A stretch of DNA of 63,249 bases, counting the filler, from Octopus bimaculoides (lineage: Eukaryota), in the NCBI RefSeq assembly GCF_001194135.2. It is 5 parts of 5 records of this genome, joined end to end, with 100 filler letters (N's around TTAATTAATTAA, not from the genome) between each part and the next. Parts side by side here need not be neighbours in the genome. Positions count along the whole stretch, not along the records: positions 44,141 to 59,600 come from NC_068984.1; positions 59,701 to 63,249 come from NC_068985.1; 3 more parts are not named here. The stretch is one strand, 5' to 3'. Made by a program: the position numbers and the translations under genes. Below are positions 50,412 to 63,249 of this stretch, piece after piece. Numbering within the stretch: position 1 is the first letter of the stretch; every line of letters begins with the position of its first letter. The notes under the pieces were generated by a model. It saw only the letters and a program-made list of their open reading frames with translations. It was not told the origin of the DNA and did not search any database.

Positions 50412-51524
50412 ATATAGAAATATATATCCACACATACATACATATATAATATATGTAGTATGATATATATGACTGTATTTCGATATATACGTATATATAT
50501 GGCTGTATTTTGATATATACATATATATATGTGTCTGTAAGTGTGTGGGGTGGGGTGTTTACGTATGTAGAATATAATATAATGGTGTACACGCACAACG
50601 CACGCTCCTACATAAGCCTATATGTGTGTGTGCGATATGCTCCTCAACGAGAAGGCAGTTGCTGTGTGATATCCTTTCTGTTAAGTAACCATGCGATAAA
50701 CAAGCTTCTGTCACGAGCAGCTACCCAACTAACTATACACAACACTACCCACCCCCCTCTCTCTCTCTCACATTTACTATTTCCTGTCTCTCATACTACA
50801 CCTCACAGCTACCACTTTTCTACAACACACACTCATATATATATATATATATATATATACATACATATAATTTGCTCGTGTCTTCGTATCACAGCTATAA
50901 GTTACTCTCGTTCCTTTTTTTTACTCTTCATTGCTGTTGTTGTTGTTGTTGCTGTTGCTGCTGCTGCTGCTGCTGTTGAACTCGAAGAAGCTAATCCATG
51001 AACCAGCAAAAACATAACAAAAAGCATTCCAGCCATGCCAATCCTACTTTGTAAGGTTATCATCCAAGGCTACAATATCTAGTGGTGTCCTTTCCATTAT
51101 TAGACGATTGGGGGACGATTTGGCTGTTGTGTTAGCAGCTCAGAGGGCCACATAAACGCTCCATTGTTGTTGTTGATGATGGTGGTGGTGCTGCTGGTGG
51201 TGGTGCTGCTGGTGATGTTAGTATTATTGCTGCTGCAGCAGTTGCAGTTGTTATTGTTGCATCGGTTGATATCGATGCCGTTGTTGTTATTACTCCTGGT
51301 CGTGACGTTAGCAGCTTCCGCTGCTGCTGCTGCTAGAAGAGATGGTAACGTTGTTAAATCTGATGTTCATGCTGCTGATGATGACTATGGTGATGATGAT
51401 GACTATCCATACGCGTATGCGCGTTTAACCATCACCATCCATCCATCCATTCATTTCTCCATTGATCCATCAATCCGTCTTTCCATCCACCTCTCAACTC
51501 CTCCATCCATCCATCCATTTCCGT

Positions 51525-51915
51525 ATCTTTTACTTATTTCAGTCATTAGACGCGGCCATGCTAGGGTATCGTCTTCAAGAATATTTTGTTGAATGAATCG
51601 ACCCCAGTATTTATTTATTTATAAACCAGTTACTTGTTTTATCGGTTTCTTGTACCGAACCGTTTAGCTACGAAGACGCAAACATACCAACACCGGTTGT
51701 CAGGAGACGGTAGGGGACAAACACAGACACAAAGACAACTATATATATATATACATACGACGTGCTTCTTTCAGTTTCCGTCAACCGAATCCACTCACAA
51801 GGCTTTATTCGGCGCGTGGCTATAGTAGAAGACACTTGCCCAAGGTGCCACGCAGTGGGACTGAACCCGGAGTCATGTGGTGGAGAAGCAAGCTTCTTAC
51901 CACACAGTCACATCT
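51525..51915 (-). mobile_element. SINE family A
   Basis: gacacttgcccaaggtgccacgcagtgggactgaacccgg...aagcttcttaccacacag. Confidence 0.85.
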
Positions 51916-52165
51916 GGGCCTGTATGTGCATGTTTGTTTGGTGTGTATGCATATATGTATGTATGCGTGTATGTATGTGCGTGAATGTTTTTATGTGTGT
52001 GTCTATGCATGCATTCCCCCATGCACGTTATGTAGAACCAGGTGTCACTCGGAATTGTGGATAACATGCACCATTCTTTCGCTAATTGTTTTAGCTGAGA
52101 GTAGTCACGAAGCCACACTCTGTCACCTTCGACGTACAATAACAATTAGTTGAGCGACAGTTGGG

Positions 52166-52197
<32 letters not shown>

Positions 52198-52223
52198 NNN
52201 NNNNNNNNNNNNNNNNNNNNNNN

Positions 52224-52261
<38 letters not shown>

Positions 52262-52447
52262 AAGAGAGAGAGAGAGAAGGCCGTACCAGTAGCTTATTAC
52301 AGTTGAATGGACCGAAGCAGCGTGGAATGAAGTGTCTTGCTCAAGGACTCAACGCTCCCTAGTTGGAGTTTATGAGCATCAGTCGAACACCCTAACTACT
52401 AGACCACATAGACACATATATTCAGAAAGATTATAGACACACAAATA

Positions 52448-52960
<513 letters not shown>

Positions 52961-53129
52961 TATAATCTATCTGTGTGTGTGTTCGTACGTGTGTGTGTGT
53001 GTGTATGTGTGTGTGTGTGAAGTATCATTGTGTTTATCTGCACCACTACTTCCACATCAGCTTGTCTTGGATTTCTCTCATAGCCAGTCTTGACGCCGTG
53101 AGCCTTGTCCTGAATGAAGAATTCGGAGT

Positions 53130-54100
53130 TCACGTTCATTTGAGCACTACATCGCGTTTTCTATATTGAGCATTTCAAGCTTTCACCTATTGGCTGTAGA
53201 AGTATGTGCGTATAAACTTGGCTTCAAATTTATATATACATACTCCAGTTTCTCTCTCCTTCCTCTGTATATGAGCATGCAATTATGATTGTGTATGAAT
53301 ACATAAAACGTTTTAATATTTCATAAATATTTACTTTACTGTTAATCCATTGGATTTGGAGGAAGAGAATCAGCTTGATTCGTTCTTTCTTGGGCACCCG
53401 CCTCTCCAGAATTTCTAACCGTTTGTGCAAAGCTGTTGTTACATAACTCAGGGCACCTCTGGTAACAGATACATAGGAGAATAGACAGCATGGCTACGAG
53501 AGGAATAGGTTCCCCGACTTAGTTCACCAGAAATGTTCTGTTACACAATTTTAAGACAAATTATTCACATCAGTTGGGCAGCTGAAATTTACAACAGTGC
53601 GTAACGTTTGTTTCCTGTTCCATAAAACAGTTTTAGATCTATTGTGCTTAAAGCAGGTTGCTGTTATTACTGGAAAATGGCACAAATATTGCTTATTTTT
53701 AAATGTATAGATACAATCTTGTTCTGGTATACCTCTGTTATGATAATCCTTTCCGTGGATAGTATTGTAAATGGTTTTGGCTACAATGTCCTGACATATA
53801 CGAAGGTAGTACCTTGTAGATATATTCTTTGGACAGCTGCTGGGTCATGTTAACAAGTAATCCACAACTCTGAGTGACAGCTGGTTGTACATACCTGCAT
53901 GTATACATTAGCCGAACAACCTAACCACTAGACCACACGTGGGTGATATCTTCTACACTTGTATGGCACAATTAACATTTTACATCACAACACGGAAGCC
54001 TGGAGGTATCTTTATCAATGTTATTGATCTGGTAATTACTAGCTATCATCTGTTCTTGAGTAATGAAGGCATTTCCTTCGCGGTGAGATGAGATGAATCG
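53130..54100 (-). mobile_element. Probable CR1/L2-type LINE 3' remnant, heavily decayed
   Basis: Minus-strand peptides HKRLEIL...ERR and VKA*NA resemble CR1 C-termini; weak. Confidence 0.35.
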
Positions 54101-54500
54101 ACCATAGGTTCAAGAGAGCTTACTCTTCTTGTATGTAGGTGTGTATGTATCTATCAGTTTATATATGTGTGTTGTGTATGATCCAATCATGTTCCCCAAA
54201 TTTCTCACCAATGGAGGAAGAGCCGATTTTCAAACCTTAGAAACGAAGCCCTTACATTTGGATTTTAAAAATATAACTGGGAAGTTGTCGTATAGATAGC
54301 CATACCTACATATGCATACTTCCACATATTGATTGAACTTTCCAGGCCTCAACGTGGACCGCCATGCGACAACGTAACATCTCATCTAATCAAGATATCA
54401 TCGGCCTGAAAAGTAGCCTGCAGTACACACATCACTTTGATGGTTCCAGTCGCTATGAAATATATATAGCCCGATTCTTATCTACTCCATTCCTTAACTC

Positions 54501-54533
<33 letters not shown>

Positions 54534-54592
54534 TGTATTATGTATGTATGTATGTATGTATGTATCTATCTATCTGTCTGTCTATCTATCTG

Positions 54593-54685
<93 letters not shown>

Positions 54686-54773
54686 TTTATATAAGGTAGG
54701 AAAATTATAGAAATTTTTTTTCTACCATTGGCCTAGTATGTACACAAAGTCAATACAAATGTTTTTCATATAG

Positions 54774-55084
54774 AAATTAGTGTACATTTATACACAAAGA
54801 AGCAAGCCATTAACAGGTTGCCTAACATACTAGAAACAACAATCAAAAAGTCCAAACCACAGTTAAGAGCAATTTCGAAGGGAATGAAAAATAAAAAAAA
54901 ATTACCATGTTTTACAGCCGGACCTCAGGTTTCGAACTTTAATTAGCAAATAAAATAATTTGCAAGGCGAAGTTCTCATTAGCAGATACGCCAAAACTGT
55001 GGTTTGGACTTTTTGACTGTTCTTTCTAGTACGTTAGGCAACCTCTTAATGGCTTGCCTCTTTCTGTATAAATGTACACTAATT

Positions 55085-55085
<1 letters not shown>
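54774..55085. repeat. Fold-back element: about 90 bp inverted arms around a 130 bp spacer
   Basis: 54774-54864 aaattagtgtacatttataca...aaaaagtccaaaccacagtt matches the reverse complement of 54995-55085 with few differences. Confidence 0.9.
54905..55002 (-). ncRNA. Type I hammerhead ribozyme-like motif (G5 mutated to A)
   Basis: Minus strand ctg-CTAATGA-GAACTT...AAGTTC-GAAA-CC-tga-GG-TC-cgg: 6-bp stem II base, 3-bp stem III, GUC triplet (cut between 54921 and 54920), 3-bp proximal stem I. Confidence 0.6.
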
Positions 55086-55139
<54 letters not shown>

Positions 55140-55347
55140 ACCAGGTTCAAGTTGTCTGTTTCGACATCTTTTCTACGGTTGGAGGCCCATCCTAACCTCA
55201 ACTACTTTACAAGGTGTGCTGGGTGCTTTTGGCGTGCCATACACAGACATCATTGCATGCGTGGATCTTTATGTTTTAACATACATATACGTACACATAT
55301 ATGTTAGCATACCTATACCTGTGCGAGTATATGTGTATATGTATAGA

Positions 55348-55385
<38 letters not shown>

Positions 55386-55413
55386 TGTGTGTGTGTATAC
55401 ATATATGTATTAT

Positions 55414-55772
55414 GGAGGCGCCATGGCCAAGTGGTTAGGGCAGCGGACTTGTGGTCATAGAATCGCGGTTTCGATTCCCAGACCGGGCGTTGTGAGTGTT
55501 TATTGAGCGAAAACACCTAAAGCTCCATGGGGCTCCAGCAGGGGATGGTGGCGAACCCTGCTGTACTCTTTCACCACAACTTTCTCTCACTCTTTCTTCC
55601 TGTTTCTGTTGTACCTGTATTTCAAAAGGCCAGTTTTGTCACATTCTGTGTCACGCTGAATCTCCCCGAGGATACTTCAGGGTACACGTGCCTGCGGAGT
55701 GCTCAGCCGTTTGCACGTTAATTTCACCGGATCAGCTGGAACCCTCGACGTCGTAACCGACGGAGTGCCACC
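55414..55772 (+). mobile_element. tRNA-headed SINE (family C), full length
   Basis: ggaggcgccaTGGCCAAGTGGttagggcagcggac...GGTTTCGATTCCC (A and B boxes), followed by about 280 bp of non-tRNA body. Confidence 0.9.
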
Positions 55773-55849
55773 AATATGTACGTATGTACGAATTAATATG
55801 CATGTATAAATGTATGCATGTGGGCATGTATGTACGATGTTTCTTCTTT

Positions 55850-56240
55850 TTATATATTGGTATTCTTTCCAGAATTATGGAGCTGGTTTCAAGGAAACAA
55901 AAAACTTCACTATTGGACTTTGGATATCAACATCGATAATTATTACACATTGAACTTCAGGAATGTCTTGCATGTTTTTACAGTTCCACTTACAGATTTT
56001 ATCCGCAAAGTACATGTCAGCTGTTCTCTTTCTTTGCTTGAAAATCGAAGCTTCTCCTGATCGTGGCTTAGGCATTTGCTAACATAGCCGAGTGCACTAA
56101 TAATCACTGGTATGAATGTAAACTTATAATCAGCACAGAAGAATTTCCGGTTTCGAAGCACTTGTCCGTAGTTATTCCCCTTCTCACTGATTTTGGAAGA
56201 GATGGTCACATCTCCAGAGTAACTTCGCTCTATGACTGTT
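55850..56240 (-). mobile_element. RLE-LINE C-terminal remnant
   Basis: KISEKGNNYGQVLRN...YKFTFIPVIISALGYVSKCL...SVSGTVKTCKTFLKF. Confidence 0.7.
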
Positions 56241-56329
56241 AATGACTTTTCATTTCTGTCTGTCTGTATGTATATATAAGTTCTCTTCTGTTTTTAATTA
56301 TCTAAATTCTTCCTCTGAGGAAGAAGCTG

Positions 56330-56590
56330 GTTTCTAATAAAGACACAAAGCTCCATCATTGGAATGGAGATAACGGAAACATTGTCACATTTTAAACCTG
56401 AGAAAAATCCAAGCTTATCCAGAACGACAGTTGGGCATTTGCTCAGAAAATCAAGTGAACCAATTATTATTGGTATAAATGTAATTCTATAATTTGGATA
56501 CAGAAACTGGAGGTTTCGAAGCAGTTGTCCATAGTAATCCTCTTTCTCAGTGACTTTCAAAGAGACATTCACATCAGCAGGACAGCTGAC
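56330..56590 (-). mobile_element. Second RLE-LINE C-terminal remnant of the same type, tandem
   Basis: NVSLKVTEKEDYYGQLLRNLQFLYPNYRITFIPIIIGSL. Confidence 0.7.
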
Positions 56591-57182
56591 TTCTATGATG
56601 TATGTATGTATGTTATTATTCAGTTTATTTCAAGAGCTCTTGCCAATAGAGAAACAACCGGTTTCTAACCTAGATCCAAGGCTCTTTCATTGGAATTTCA
56701 ACATCAACAACAAGGTATTTTCATTTGTATATATGTATGTGTGCATATCACTTCCTGATTGCAAATTTATACTACATTTACATCGGCCCCTGACTTGGTG
56801 ACAAGATTGTAAGAAGGTCCAAGTTCTCTTGGTCATCTTTTTTCCTAACCATTCACCCTTTTAGATTTAAGAAGGAGGCCTTGTTGCTTTTCTGTTGTCC
56901 AGAGACTGTGACCATCAGCACTAGACGACTACTGGCGCTGTGCCCTTTCGCCAGAAATCGCAGTTTACCCATACTTTGCTCTAGAAGGATCGGTACGTTT
57001 CTTATAATAATGGGGTAAAAGGCTTTAGTGTATGTTGGCTGCTGGATTTGCAGACTCCTCATCAGTCGTTCGTGGATGTCTTCTTTCTCCAGTATTTTCT
57101 TATTTCTAATCATGTCAGGTGGACATACATATACTGACACACGCACACAAACGAACAAAGCCCCCCCTCTCTCTCTCTATCC

Positions 57183-57232
<50 letters not shown>

Positions 57233-57280
57233 TTATCCATTTATCTATTTCTCTATCTCACTATGTGTACATAGGCATAT

Positions 57281-57324
<44 letters not shown>

Positions 57325-57615
57325 TCAATATGACAATTTGATATTCGCTGTTGATTAATAGAATGACCAATTAACATCACAACACCAACCGATCAGCCAG
57401 GCAACTGGTCGGGACTTCAACTATTATCATAATCGTGGTCATCATCATGGCCGTCATCATTATCATGATTACCATTACAGATATTCATTATCATCATCAT
57501 CACCACTATCATCATCAATACCACCAGTTCGTTCACCGTCGTTGTCATCATCATCATAATCATCATCGCTATTTCATAGAGGAGACGCATCCAACTTAAA
57601 CCGAAAATCGTCGGT

Positions 57616-57654
<39 letters not shown>

Positions 57655-58427
57655 CACTACCACCACCACTGCTGTTGCTGCTACTTGCTCCTGGTCATCT
57701 GTCACAGCTGCTACTACAACTGTTGCTTTACAAGACATAAACATACGTACATGGACATATGTGCGTATCAATACACACACACACACACACGTTTGTTGTT
57801 CCTGCTCTTCTATCGCTTCGCTCATTGAAAACTGTGTCTTTGGAGTTGCGCGTGACACGTTCCTGACAATAACATACATCATTCTCACAGCCTTCATTTA
57901 CCACCAAATTTTTATTCGCTTCTACTGTTGTTCAGAGGTAGGGGCTGATGTAGATGAAGATACTGCGTGTCCGAAGAGTCACTCATTTGTTTTGTGTATG
58001 TATGTATATTATATATATATANNNNNNNNNNNNNNNNNNNNNNNNNNNNNNNNNNNNNNNNNNNNNNNNNNNNNNNNNNNNNNNNNNNNNNNNNNNNNNN
58101 NNNNNNNNNNNNNNNNNNNNNNNNNNNNNNNNNNNNNNNNNNNNNNNNNNNNNNNNNNNNNNNNNNNNNNNNNNNNNNNNNNNNNNNNNNNNNNNNNNNN
58201 NNNNNNNNNNNNNNNNNNNNNNNNNNNNNNNNNNNNNNNNNNNNNNNNNNNNNNNNNNNNNNNNNNNNNNNNNNNNNNNNNNNNNNNNNNNNNNNNNNNN
58301 NNNNNNNNNNNNNNNNNNNNNNNNNNNNNNNNNNNNNNNNNNNNNNNNNNNNNNNNNNNNNNNNNNNNNNNNNNNNNNNNNNNNNNNNNNNNNNNNNNNN
58401 NNNNNNNNNNNNNNNNNNNNNNNNNNN

Positions 58428-58472
<45 letters not shown>

Positions 58473-58813
58473 CACGATGAGTTCTGTAATGTGGTGTTGG
58501 TAGGAAGTAGTGACGTTCATGTATTTCCTTAAAGAGAATTACTTGACATTAAGAAATGACGAAATTAAACTCACGGGTTCGAAACAGAATTCCGCTTGAC
58601 AGATTATATAGCATTTCAAATGACAAAGGCACAAGGTCATTGAGGCAGACTACAGGAGATGCTCATCGCGGTGTAGTGGCATTCAACCATGACATTCTTT
58701 GGGTGGTCGTTCGGTGGAACTGTGATAAAACTTTAAATATCGTCAACATAATTCCTTATTACTGTCATCAAATACTACTACTGCTGCTGCTGCCGCTAAT
58801 ACTGGTGCTGCTG

Positions 58814-58861
<48 letters not shown>

Positions 58862-59337
58862 GAGTTACTACTACTTATTAGAACCATTATTTCTTCGACA
58901 AGTACCACTACTACTACAGCTCGTACGTGTTAACATTTCTTACTGTTACAGCTGCCTCTGTATCAACAGATTTGTTGCCATCATACAGCTAACGTAAGCG
59001 AGTCTCATAAACATATACATACATACATACATNNNNNNNNNNATATGTACGTATATATATATATATATATATATATAAGCACTTAACGTGTGAATATATT
59101 AATGTGTATATGTTTCCACACATATATGCATATATACATGTATATATATACATAAACCTATATATACATATATATATACACACACAGATGTGCGCGCGTT
59201 CCTCTGCGCTTGTGTATGTTAGATGCTTGAACGAATAGCTGTACAGTATGTATACAATACATTTAATTTGCAAAAGCATGTAATTGCACGTATGTATGCA
59301 AATACATGCATATATATATATATATATATATGTATAC

Positions 59338-59374
<37 letters not shown>

Positions 59375-59600
59375 TACACACTTGCAAACAAACGCATAAG
59401 CGCGTGCACACTCGGGCACACGCACACATATGGATGTATATAATGAAATACGCTGTTACGTTTCAAATCATATCAAAATCAACTTTGGATATATTCGAGC
59501 TTTTGTATCGGCTCCAGGTGCGTCCTGAATATATATATATATATATATATATACATACATATATATATACATACATATATATATACATATATATATATAT

Positions 59601-59700
59601 NNNNNNNNNNNNNNNNNNNNNNNNNNNNNNNNNNNNNNNNNNNNTTAATTAATTAANNNNNNNNNNNNNNNNNNNNNNNNNNNNNNNNNNNNNNNNNNNN
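59601..59700. other. Artificial scaffold linker N44-TTAATTAATTAA-N44
   Basis: Same construct. Confidence 0.95.
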
Positions 59701-59782
<82 letters not shown>

Positions 59783-59839
59783 ACACAAAAAAGTTTCGAA
59801 AAACTTAGGGGATTTATGTATAGTGATGTAATCGTGAAT

Positions 59840-60330
59840 TGAAATATGTAAGAAAAAAGTTGGTTATGCATGCATATTAAGACGTGCTCTGTATTTTTCG
59901 ATGAAAAAAGTTTATTTAAACATTCTTGTGGAGAAATTGTGTCTTTGCACTGGTAGAAGGGGAAGACTGTGAAATTTGGTTTGATATTCTCTGCACATTT
60001 TTCTATATATTCACTGAGAGGAATTTCGCTGTATTGCAGGAAACGGATTTGCTCATTATGTAGAGTGGTTCTCCGTTTCAAGACCATACTCGTCTGTCCA
60101 ATATAGTTGTGTCCACAACCCGAGCGGGTTATTACATAAATTAGGTACTCAGAGGTACAAGTGAAACTAGTTTTAATTGTGAACGTCTCTCCTTGTTTGA
60201 AAAGGAAATTCAAGCCTTCAAGTAAGTTGGGGCGGGATCAACAGTTTGGGCGTCCACATTTTGTAACCGTTAGTTTCGTGGTTGTTTCGTAAAGCTTCGC
60301 ATTTATTAGCAGTCTGCTTTGCGATTTGTG
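59840..60330 (-). mobile_element. Penelope-like element GIY-YIG endonuclease remnant
   Basis: TKCGRPNC*...FTIKTSFTCTSEYLIYVITRSGCGHNYIGQT...RRTTLH...FTVFPFYQC. Confidence 0.85.
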
Positions 60331-60349
60331 TTGCTTTTTGCAATATATA

Positions 60350-60505
60350 TATACGACGGTCTTCTTTCAGTTTTAGTCTACCAAATCTACTCACAAGGCT
60401 TTGGTCAGCCTGAGGCTATAACAGAAGACTTACCCAAGGTGCTACGCAGTGTGACTGAACCCGGAACTATGTGGTTGGGAAGCAAGCTTCGTATCACACA
60501 GCCAC
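60350..60505 (-). mobile_element. SINE family A 5' half
   Basis: cttctttcagttttagtctaccaaatc...cccaaggtgctacgcagtgtgactgaacccgg. Confidence 0.8.
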
Positions 60506-60630
60506 ACACACACACACACACACATATATATGTGTGTGTATAATATATATTAATACATATATACATAGATGAGTATATTTTATATATACATAAATACATA
60601 TACATACAAACACGTAAGCATACACTCATG

Positions 60631-60668
<38 letters not shown>

Positions 60669-61089
60669 AACACACGCACACACACACATATATACACACA
60701 CATAATATTTTACTACTTGTTTTACTGTCATTCGAAAAATTACATTTCAATCTTTCAAGCGTAATCCCTGCTCTCATTGCTGTTCTGGGACGAATAGCGG
60801 AGTATTGCGATTGGCATTTAGTAAGATGTGTAGCAGATGCACACTTTCCAGCAACAATCATTTGGAGTGATAAGACTACATATATATTAAAGGATTCGAT
60901 TAACACCACAGTTGCACCTACCGGGAATCAGAGAATCCGTATCTTACGGAGGAACGTCGTTAATTTCCCTGAAGATACAGCATGGAGCGGCTTATCGTCA
61001 AAACGATTAATTGGAATATTCTTGTTTTATTGTTTTAATACTGGTCTCATTTCCTTGAACTTACTGCGATGAGTAGTTTTATTTCCTGA

Positions 61090-61422
61090 GGATATCCAAC
61101 AGATCTCACATTACAAAACGTTTCTAAATGGGGATACTTAAAAGATAAAATTTACGGTATAAGGCCAGCAACAGTCGATGAACTGATAGCAGTTATTGAG
61201 TGAGAATGCGTACAAATACCGAAAGAAAGGTTTCTTGATGTTTGCGATGACTGTTCTGATGGAGTATCTGGACCAGAACGGTCATCAGTTTGAAAACAGA
61301 CGTTTATAGATAAATTAAAGTCTGGCTGTCGATTCTATTACATTTTGAAAATGAAATATGTATTTAAATAAATTCTGACTTTTAAAAAAATAATTCAATG
61401 TGTATATATACTTTGGGGAACA
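61090..61422 (+). mobile_element. Tc1/mariner 3' remnant, ending where the Tigger element begins
   Basis: LKDKIYGIRPATVDEL.AVIE*EC.QIP...DQNGHQFENRR; ends atactttggggaacac. Confidence 0.65.
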
Positions 61423-63249
61423 CAGTGCAACCTCGGTTCTCGACCATAATTTGTTCTGAAAGTCTGTTCGAGAACCGAATCATTTTCCCCCCATTCCAAT
61501 TAATGTAAAAGACATTAATTCGTTTCCAAGCACCAGATGAATGCTTATTTATATGCTTACACTATATATTTTATTATAAAAACGTTTATTCAAACTGTAA
61601 ATAACACACAAAAGTGTGTTATTTCTTAGAAGGGGAGTCCCCTTCCATAAAAACTTCTGGTAACTGACTTTCAGGGGTTTCTTCCCTTCTCTGTCTCTGG
61701 CTCAAGTAAATCTTTCTCTGGGTTTTCTTTTCTTTTGGCTTTCAGTAAAAACCTGTCCAATGTTAGTCGTTTTTGCTTGCGTTGTAAAATGTCCCTTAAA
61801 TGAGACATGATATTATTATTGAAAAGGTTTACTGCTCTATTTGCTACCACTGTATCAGAGTGATATTTTTCCACAAAACTTTGCACATCACCTTATTTAG
61901 CACAAATGTCTTTGATTAAAAAAACTTAGGACACCCTCCTTTCCTTCTTTCTCCTCAGAAGACATTTCCTCAGCCAAAGTCTTTTGCTGTTCATTTTGAA
62001 GGTATACGTGCTCTGCAGTGGTAATCTCAGTACGTGATCTTCCACCAGCTCTTCAGTATCTTCACTGTCGACATCCAAGCCCATAGTTTTTCCCATAGAG
62101 ACAATCTCATCAACAATAGCAATTTCCTCGACAGCAGCAGTACTTGTAGCTGTCTCAAACCTTTCAAAGTCACGTTCTGGTACACAGTCTGGTTAATGTT
62201 TCCTTTATGCTGAACTGATGGTTCTGAAACTCACTTGCTTTCATGCATTATCAATAAGATTAACACAATTCAGGATATTGAAATGATATTTCCAAAATTC
62301 TCTGAGAATTAACTGTCATTAGTGACTTGAAAACACTTTCGAAGCAGGGCTTTTGTGTAAAGTTTCTTAAAGTTTGCAATGACCTGTTGGTCCATTGGTT
62401 GTATTAGAGGAGTTGTATTAGGTGGCAGGTATTTGAATGAATAAAGTCAAACTCTTCAACTAAGTTATCCTCCAAACCTGGAGGGTGAGCGGAAGCATTG
62501 TCTAACACGAGAAGGTATTTCAGTGGCAAGTTTTTTCTTACAGATATTTCTTTATACTCGGGGCAAAAACTTCATGAATATACGCAATAAAAAATTGTCT
62601 GGTTACCCAAGCCTTCGTATTAGCTTGCCACATAACAGGCAATTTACTCTTCATCACATTGTTTCTTTTGAAAACCTTCAGATTATCGGAATGGTAAACA
62701 AGCAATGGCTTGACCTTCAAATTGCCACTTGCGTTGCTGCATAACAAAACAGAGAGTTTATCTTTCATTGACTTGTGCCCTGGCATCCCTTTTTCCTCCT
62801 TAGTAATATAGGTCCTATTTGGCATTCGTTCCCAAAATAATCCTGTTTCATCCCCGTTAAATATCTGTTGGGGGAGATAACTTCCTTCCTTTATCAAGTC
62901 ACTAAACTCAATCACAAATTTCTCAGCCGCTTCCTTGTTTGAACTCGCCGCCTCTCCATGTCTAATTACACTGTGTATTTCACTTCTCTTCTTAAATTTC
63001 TCGAACCAGCCTCTGCTAGCTTTGAATTTAAAAGTATCACTTTCAGCACTTGTACCAAGGGTTTTCTTGGCTAGATCCTTATAAATTTCTTATGCTTTCT
63101 TACAAATAAATGTTTCGCTGATACTGTTACCTGCTAATTGTTTCTCATTTATAAAAATAAGAAATAACTTTTCCACTTCTTCGAGTTTCTTTGGTCTTTG
63201 TTTATTAATAACAGTCAATCCTTTTGCAACATCAGCTGCTTTTATCACT
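61423..63249 (-). mobile_element. pogo/Tigger (TIGD1-like) transposon, decayed, continuing past the window end
   Basis: YLPQQIFNGDETGLFWERMPNRTYITKEEK...KPLLVYHS...WQANTKAWVT; terminus cagtgcaacctcggttctcgaccata at 61423. Confidence 0.9.

Noticed and set aside
55414-55490. tRNA gene (also the heads at 21030-21106, 23005 and 47289)
   Set aside because: A and B boxes are present, but each continues into a shared 250-300 bp body, which makes them SINE heads.
60966-61010. Further hammerhead candidate CTGAAGA...gtcAAAACG
   Set aside because: G12 is missing, stem II pairing is poor and there is no clear stem III or NUH site.

Overview
Eukaryotic, AT-rich, repeat-dense animal DNA with many N gaps. 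The SINE families and microsatellite load resemble Octopus (inference from recalled repeat families, not a database result). No intact protein-coding gene or true RNA gene is visible; almost all listed ORFs come from microsatellites or N runs. Contents: (i) many tRNA-headed SINEs of about four families plus short elements carrying an RTE-like 3' tail; (ii) decayed non-LTR retroelements (HERO-like, Tx1/L1-like, R4/Dong-like RLE LINEs, Penelope-like GIY-YIG remnants, probable CR1 and RTE remnants); (iii) Tc1/mariner (mariner, DD37D maT) and pogo/Tigger remnants and MITEs; (iv) four artificial N44-TTAATTAATTAA-N44 linkers, so the five segments may not be truly contiguous. Possible host-gene traces are a promoter plus short first exon near 31.5 kb and a minus-strand terminal exon near 17.4 kb. 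The most interesting signal is a set of hammerhead-ribozyme-like motifs, three of them inside fold-back elements (54.8-55.1 kb, 10.8-11.5 kb, 14.7-14.8 kb) and two standing alone (37.05 kb, 39.8 kb). Four have core substitutions and the fifth has weak stem II pairing. They are most simply read as Penelope-type termini; a separate non-autonomous ribozyme-bearing fold-back family is an untested possibility. Coordinates of decayed elements are approximate.
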